Below, piece by piece: positions 25,596 to 29,847 of a DNA stretch of 29,847 nucleotides (positions within the stretch are counted from its first letter, which is position 1; every line of letters starts with the position of its first letter). The position numbers and the translations under genes are program-made. Source of the DNA: Acidobacteriota bacterium (GTDB lineage Bacteria > Acidobacteriota > Blastocatellia > Pyrinomonadales > Pyrinomonadaceae); the NCBI GenBank assembly GCA_046730815.1, contig JBKPJS010000581.1:1-29847 (forward strand). Direction: 5' to 3'. The notes under the pieces were generated by a model. It made no database searches. It was not told the origin of the DNA and saw nothing but the letters and a program-made list of their open reading frames with translations.

Positions 25596-25672
25596 ATCTG
25601 TAAATCTTGCCAATCTTGAAATCCTGTCAACTCTTTTTGACAGGATTACAGGATTTGCAGGATTTACAAGAT
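25596..25672. repeat. Palindromic tandem-unit element, family D, arms in opposite order to 8090-8157
   Basis: atctgtaa-atcttgcca-atcttgaa-atcctgtcaa ... ttgacaggatt-acaggattt-gcaggattt-acaagat. Confidence 0.85.
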
Positions 25673-25676
25673 ACGT

Positions 25677-26816
25677 TCACTTCTGCTCAGTCTTCTTCGA
25701 CGCGCGTGGTGGTGGACCGAAGTCGCCGTAAGCAATGAAACCTGAACGAGATGAATCATCCTTCTGCGCGATGCGGCCGGCCCAAAGATCTTCGGTGCTT
25801 TCTTTCGCCGTCTTGACAGTCATCTCGTTGTTTTTTCCGCGTGTCGTGATCGTTATCTCCCCCTGCAAGTCAGTTCGATAGAGTTTCACGTTTGCAGCAC
25901 GCAGCCGATCGAGCACAGCCTGTGACGGATGCCCATAACGGTTCCACGCGCCACACGACACAATTGCAATCTCAGGTTTGACGCGATTCAGAAAATCACC
26001 CGACGAGGCGTATTTTGAACCGTGGTGAGAGACCTTCAACACACGAGCTTGCAGATCAATCTCCTTCGTCAGCAACCGATGTTCGGTCTGGTCTTCAGCA
26101 TCGCCTGCCAGCAACATCGAAAACGAACCATAATCTAAACGAGCCACGATCGAGTTTGCGTTCGCCTCGTTCCCGCCCGTACTCATTTTATCTTTCGTAA
26201 AGAACGGCTCTGACGGCGCGAGGATCGTCAACAGAGCGCCGCCGCCGAGATCGTACTTCGTTCCCGGCCTGGCGTTTTCATAACGAGCGCCACTCGCGTT
26301 CAACGCCGCTTTGTAATCGTCGTAGAACTTGGTAAGTGAAGCCGGTTGATTCGATCTTCTGGTTGCCGGTTTCTTCGCACCAGTAGTTTGCTTTTGCGTG
26401 GCTGCAAGTTCGGGAGGAACACTTGGCGCCTGACCGTTATCGATTACATTCAACACTTTTACGGCCTTGAAAACTTCAGCAGCTCCACCGATGTGATCCG
26501 GATGCGGATGCGTGGCGATGAAGTAGTCGAGCTGCTGAACGTTGTTACGCTTCAACGCTTCGACTACAGTCTTGCCTTTCGTCGTATCGCCCGCGTCAAT
26601 GAGTACAGTTTTTCCGGAAGGTGAGGAGATGAGTATCGAATCGCCATTAATTGGACCAACGTCGAGAATGCGAACCGTCAACTCGCCGCCCGATGCCGGC
26701 GGTGGCTGGCTTTTCCACCACGGATAGACGTACTTCCACCCGGCATAGCCACCAAGCAAGGCTACTACTAAAAGAACTGCAACCGCACAACCACAGCCTC
26801 GGGTAGCTCGTCCCAA
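25677..26816 (-). CDS. Membrane-anchored ComEC/Rec2-type metallo-beta-lactamase-fold hydrolase
   Basis: N-terminal hydrophobic anchor; LDVG..GDSILI, LIDAG, THPHPDHIGG (HxHxDH), LLAGDAE, LKVSHHGS, NRYGHP, YRTDLQGEI. No ComEC channel domain. TTG start after GAGG. Confidence 0.9.
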   Translation of the reverse strand: MGRATRGCGCAVAVLLVVALLGGYAGWKYVYPWWKSQPPPASGGELTVRILDVGPINGDSILISSPSGKTVLIDAGDTTKGKTVVEALKRNNVQQLDYFIATHPHPDHIGGAAEVFKAVKVLNVIDNGQAPSVPPELAATQKQTTGAKKPATRRSNQPASLTKFYDDYKAALNASGARYENARPGTKYDLGGGALLTILAPSEPFFTKDKMSTGGNEANANSIVARLDYGSFSMLLAGDAEDQTEHRLLTKEIDLQARVLKVSHHGSKYASSGDFLNRVKPEIAIVSCGAWNRYGHPSQAVLDRLRAANVKLYRTDLQGEITITTRGKNNEMTVKTAKESTEDLWAGRIAQKDDSSRSGFIAYGDFGPPPRASKKTEQK

Positions 26817-26990
26817 TCAACGCCTCGTTATCTACGGTCTTAAAGGTCTTAAAAGAACGCGCGGCCAGACGTGAGGAGCATCAACCTGGTTAGTCACGCA
26901 TGCTTCGTGAACGCTCAATGGCAGATCGAGAACCTGAAAGACCTCGACGCTGAGATCGTTCGTTTGTAAGGGCTTTGCTCCAATATTTGA

Positions 26991-27051
26991 GCCACAAAGA
27001 AGCACCAAAAGCACAATAAATTTAACGAAGAAATTTGTGCTTGTTTGTGGC
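26991..27051. repeat. Palindromic tandem-unit element, family B
   Basis: gccacaaagaagcaccaaaagcacaa ... ttgtgcttgtttgtggc, 18 nt after the purF stop. Confidence 0.8.
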
Positions 27052-27069
27052 AATTTTCCTAAAAACATA

Positions 27070-28494
27070 TCAGCTCTCAGCAGTCACCGATTCATGCTCG
27101 CGCTCCCACATCGTCTCAGCCTCTCTCGTGATGGGCGTCGGGTATTGTTCGTTCCAGCAAGCGACGCAAGACGCATCCGCGCTCAAACCTGTCGCTGCGA
27201 TCATTCCCTCGAGCGATAAGTAACCCAGCGAGTCGGCCTCTATATATTCTTTTATCTGTTCCACGCTCTTCTGCGCCGCAATCAACTCCGACTTGTTCGG
27301 CGTATCGACGCCGTAATAGCACGGACTGATCGTCGGCGGACAACTGATACGCACGTGAATCTCCTTCGCGCCCGCCTCGCGAACCATGCGTACGATCTTT
27401 TTCGAAGTCGTGCCACGCACGATCGAATCGTCTATCAAGACCACGCGCTTGCCGTTTATTAGATCCCGCACTGGATTGAGTTTGATTCGCACTCCGAAGG
27501 AACGAATCGATTGCCGCGGCTCGATGAACGTGCGTCCAACATAGTGGTTCCGAACCAGACCAAAACGAAAACTCAAACCACTCTCCGCCGCATAACCGAT
27601 CGCAGCAGCGACGCCCGAGTCGGGCACTGGAACTACGAGGTCAGCATCCGCAGGCTGCTCGACTGCAAGACGCCGGCCCATCTTGTGTCGCGACTCGTTG
27701 ATCGACTTGCCGTAGATCAAAGAGTCCGGTCGCGCAAAATAAACATGTTCAAATAGACACATCGAATGCTTCTGCTCCGGCAACGGATGCGATGAACGCA
27801 AACCCTCCCGATCGATCACGATCATCTCGCCAGGCTCGATGTCGCGCACGTACTGCGCGTCAATCAGATCAAACGCGCACGTCTCGGAAGCAACGACCCA
27901 CGCGTCGCCGAGCCGCCCTAACGCGAGCGGGCGAAAGCCGCGACTGTCGCGAATCGCAATTAGCTCCGACGGCGTAAGAAAGAGCATTGAAAACGCGCCT
28001 TCAGTCTCGCTCAGCACCTGCGGGATTGCTTCTCTGACTGTCAGGCGCGAGCGTGCGACACCATGAAGCACGACTTCCGTGTCGGAAGTCGAAGAGAAGA
28101 TTGCGCCGTCGCGTTCGAGTCGTTGTCGTTCTTCGCGTGCGAACGGAAGATTTCCGTTGTGGCAAACTGCGATCTGTCCGTGCTGGCAAGTCACGAGGAA
28201 CGGTTGCGCCTCAAGAATCGAGACTTCGCCGGCAGTCGAATACCGCACATGTCCGATGGCGCTCGAGCCGCGCAAACGATCCAACGTAGCTTGATCGAAT
28301 GATTCGGAGACGTGACCCATCGCACGTTCGAGACGCAGTTCGGCGCCATCGGAAGCGACGATGCCGCACGATTCCTGCCCGCGATGCTGGAGCGCGTACA
28401 AACCGAGGTAAGTCAACCGGGCGGCGTCGGGATGTCCGTAGATTCCGAAAACCCCACACTCTTCATGCAGCTTGTCGATCTCGATTTCAGTCAA
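27070..28494 (-). CDS. purF: Amidophosphoribosyltransferase, propeptide-containing [4Fe-4S] type
   Basis: HEE-CGVFG (Ntn nucleophile), QHRGQE, GHVRYST, HNGN, DDSIVRGTT, Cys at MCLFE, ISCPP..SPCYYG, CVAC. TTG 28494 after AGGA gives a 12-residue propeptide, close to the 11-residue Bacillus subtilis propeptide. Confidence 0.97.
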   Translation of the reverse strand: MTEIEIDKLHEECGVFGIYGHPDAARLTYLGLYALQHRGQESCGIVASDGAELRLERAMGHVSESFDQATLDRLRGSSAIGHVRYSTAGEVSILEAQPFLVTCQHGQIAVCHNGNLPFAREERQRLERDGAIFSSTSDTEVVLHGVARSRLTVREAIPQVLSETEGAFSMLFLTPSELIAIRDSRGFRPLALGRLGDAWVVASETCAFDLIDAQYVRDIEPGEMIVIDREGLRSSHPLPEQKHSMCLFEHVYFARPDSLIYGKSINESRHKMGRRLAVEQPADADLVVPVPDSGVAAAIGYAAESGLSFRFGLVRNHYVGRTFIEPRQSIRSFGVRIKLNPVRDLINGKRVVLIDDSIVRGTTSKKIVRMVREAGAKEIHVRISCPPTISPCYYGVDTPNKSELIAAQKSVEQIKEYIEADSLGYLSLEGMIAATGLSADASCVACWNEQYPTPITREAETMWEREHESVTAES

Positions 28495-28534
28495 TTGAGT
28501 TGTCCTGATTTGGCGACTGGGGATTACGCGCTTA

Positions 28535-28563
28535 ATCATAACCACTAAGACACAAAGGCACAA
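28535..28563 (-). promoter_or_regulatory. purF promoter candidate TTGTGC-N17-TATGAT
   Basis: Left arm of the palindrome read on the minus strand. Confidence 0.6.
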
Positions 28564-28589
28564 AGTAAAACACCAAAATGAATGTTACT

Positions 28590-28618
28590 TTGTGTCTTGG
28601 CGTCGTGGTGGTTATGAT
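28590..28618 (+). promoter_or_regulatory. Cytochrome c promoter candidate TTGTGT-N17-TATGAT
   Basis: Right arm of the palindrome; GTG start lies 6 nt after the -10 hexamer. Confidence 0.6.
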
Positions 28619-28624
28619 TGCACC

Positions 28625-28969
28625 GTGATTCGCGGCCTTTCAATAGCGTTCTTTATCGTTGGTGGCCTGTCGCCGTTTGCGATCGCCGGCGACAACGCCC
28701 GCCCCGCGTCGCAGTTATATCGACGTCATTGCGTCTCCTGTCACGGCAACGATGGCCGGGCAAAGACTTCGAAGGGAAAGTTTAGCCATGCGCGCGACCT
28801 TTCCGATGCTCAGTGGCAGGAGGAGGTCAGCGACGAACGCATCTTCAACTCGATCATGAATGGACGAAACGTACGCGGCAACATGCCGGCGTTTGCCGAC
28901 AAGCTTAACCAAAACGAGGCCGAATCGCTGGTAGATTTTGTGCGCCGGCTGAAGCGTAACGGGCAGTAG
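28625..28969 (+). CDS. Periplasmic class I monoheme cytochrome c
   Basis: Signal-like N-terminus, LYRRHCVSCHGNDG (CxxCH), I.NG...NMPAF (distal Met). The track start (28592) is inside the repeat; GTG 28625 preferred. Confidence 0.88.
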   Translation: MIRGLSIAFFIVGGLSPFAIAGDNARPASQLYRRHCVSCHGNDGRAKTSKGKFSHARDLSDAQWQEEVSDERIFNSIMNGRNVRGNMPAFADKLNQNEAESLVDFVRRLKRNGQ

Positions 28970-28975
28970 CAATTC

Positions 28976-29500
28976 ATGTTTTTCAAGCGTATCTCCGCAC
29001 TGAAATCTGCCGTCACATTTCGCGGTGTCGTGATTGCTGCTTTGCAAGTGGGGCTGATTCTTTTGCTTGCCGGCGCCGGATGGATGATTTATCGACAACT
29101 TCCCGCCGGCGGCTCTGACGTCGCAAATCAAAGAACGACGACTTTACAGATCGTGATTCGGCAAGCCCCGGAAACTGTCGGTCCGTCACTGGACGTGGCT
29201 GTGAGTCTTTATCCGGTCGACATCGTCGCGGTGCGACACGAGTTCTTTACCGAGCCGCGCGCCGGCAAACGCTTTGAAGATTTTCTCAAGGAGCGAATGA
29301 GGGGCCGGTCGCCGGTTAACGCGCGCCTTGACAAACAGGGACACGGCGCGGTGATGCTTGCGCCGGGCAGTTGGTGGCTGCACGCCACCCTCTCGGGCGA
29401 CGAACAACTCGAGTGGCGCTTGCCGGTAACAGTAGGAGGCGCCAGACAGATCGTCGAACTCACGCCGCAGAATGCGTACACGAGAAGTAAGACCTTCTGA
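28976..29500 (+). CDS. Hypothetical membrane-anchored protein
   Basis: 174-aa ORF 6 nt after the cytochrome stop; one hydrophobic segment (VVIAALQVGLILLLAGAGWMIY) then a beta-rich domain. Confidence 0.75.
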   Translation: MFFKRISALKSAVTFRGVVIAALQVGLILLLAGAGWMIYRQLPAGGSDVANQRTTTLQIVIRQAPETVGPSLDVAVSLYPVDIVAVRHEFFTEPRAGKRFEDFLKERMRGRSPVNARLDKQGHGAVMLAPGSWWLHATLSGDEQLEWRLPVTVGGARQIVELTPQNAYTRSKTF

Positions 29501-29558
29501 GCCGCAGATGAACGCGCATAAATGCAGATCGGCGTTATCCGCGTTCATCTGCGGCTCA
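29498..29558. repeat. Palindromic tandem-unit element, family A
   Basis: tgagccgcagatgaacgcg ... cgcgttcatctgcggctca; begins with the stop codon of 28976-29500. Confidence 0.88.
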
Positions 29559-29571
29559 AACTAAGCACCAA

Positions 29572-29847
29572 ATGCTCGCCCTCCGCGTCGAAAAGAAAAG
29601 TCTTTCAGTTAAAGAAGTAGAGAAGCCGGATCGCGCTGACGAGGCGCTGGTGCGCGTGCTCCTGTCAGGCATCTGCAACACCGATTTAGAAATCGCTCGT
29701 GGTTACGCCGGGTTCAAAGGCACGATCGGACACGAGTTCGTTGGTCTTGTCGAAGACAGCACGAATCGCACGCTCGTTGGTCGTCGCGTCGTTGGAGAGA
29801 TTAATGCGGGCTGCGGCAAGTGTGATCTATGCCGCGCAGGCGATTCA
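29572..29847 (+). CDS. Zinc-dependent alcohol dehydrogenase (MDR family), 3' end runs off the window
   Basis: Not in the ORF track; manual translation MLALRVEKK...VLLSGICNTDL...GTIGHEFVG...GRRVVGEINAGCGKCDLC, with catalytic-Zn C and GHE motifs. Confidence 0.9.
   Translation, partial: MLALRVEKKSLSVKEVEKPDRADEALVRVLLSGICNTDLEIARGYAGFKGTIGHEFVGLVEDSTNRTLVGRRVVGEINAGCGKCDLCRAGDS

Larger units (their letters stand above)
28535..28618. repeat. Palindromic tandem-unit element, family B, carrying mirror-image promoter motifs
   Basis: atcataaccactaagacacaaaggcacaaag ... ctttgtgtcttggcgtcgtggtggttatgat between divergent purF and cytochrome c. Confidence 0.85.

Noticed and set aside
26832-27068. 78-aa ORF between purF and the MBL gene
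   Set aside because: Its first half is the family B repeat read as protein, with no Shine-Dalgarno or motif. It cannot be fully excluded without Ribo-seq.
28540-28700. Purine or ZMP/ZTP riboswitch, or PurR box, upstream of purF
   Set aside because: The short upstream region is fully occupied by the palindrome, and no consensus elements were seen.
1662-29558. Repeats with variable spacers as a CRISPR array
   Set aside because: Copies are dispersed singly at gene junctions, are 50-85 nt inverted structures rather than tandem direct repeats with unique 30-40 nt spacers, and no cas genes are present.

Overview
A bacterial housekeeping region. The Acidobacteria-type VWA protein and two carboxypeptidase-regulatory-domain TonB-dependent receptors point to Acidobacteriota, probably Blastocatellia (inference). 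Minus strand, in transcription order: purF, a stand-alone ComEC-type metallo-beta-lactamase, purM, purN; tyrS, RDD protein, thiolase; two paralogous TonB-dependent receptors; a 2-oxoacid dehydrogenase operon (lpdA, E1-alpha, clan-AA aspartic protease, E1-beta, E2); OmpA-domain protein; VWA protein; lipB, PLP dehydratase/racemase, lipA, MDR oxidoreductase. Plus strand: a secreted hypothetical protein, proC, and cytochrome c / membrane protein / Zn-alcohol dehydrogenase. No rRNA, tRNA, CRISPR array or transposase was seen. The most unusual signal is non-coding: 15 palindromic or half-palindromic elements built from short tandem units (7-10 nt period, five sequence families) occupy most gene junctions. 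Several appear co-opted as stop codons/C-termini, a terminator U-tract and -35 boxes, including a mirror-image pair of divergent promoters at purF/cytochrome c. Other notable points: purN apparently needs a CTG start, a lower-GC protease gene splits E1-alpha from E1-beta, two long intergenic RNA hairpins, a Shine-Dalgarno-occluding hairpin shared by both receptor leaders, and a sigma54 promoter. All folds, promoters and start sites were read by eye and need computational or experimental confirmation.
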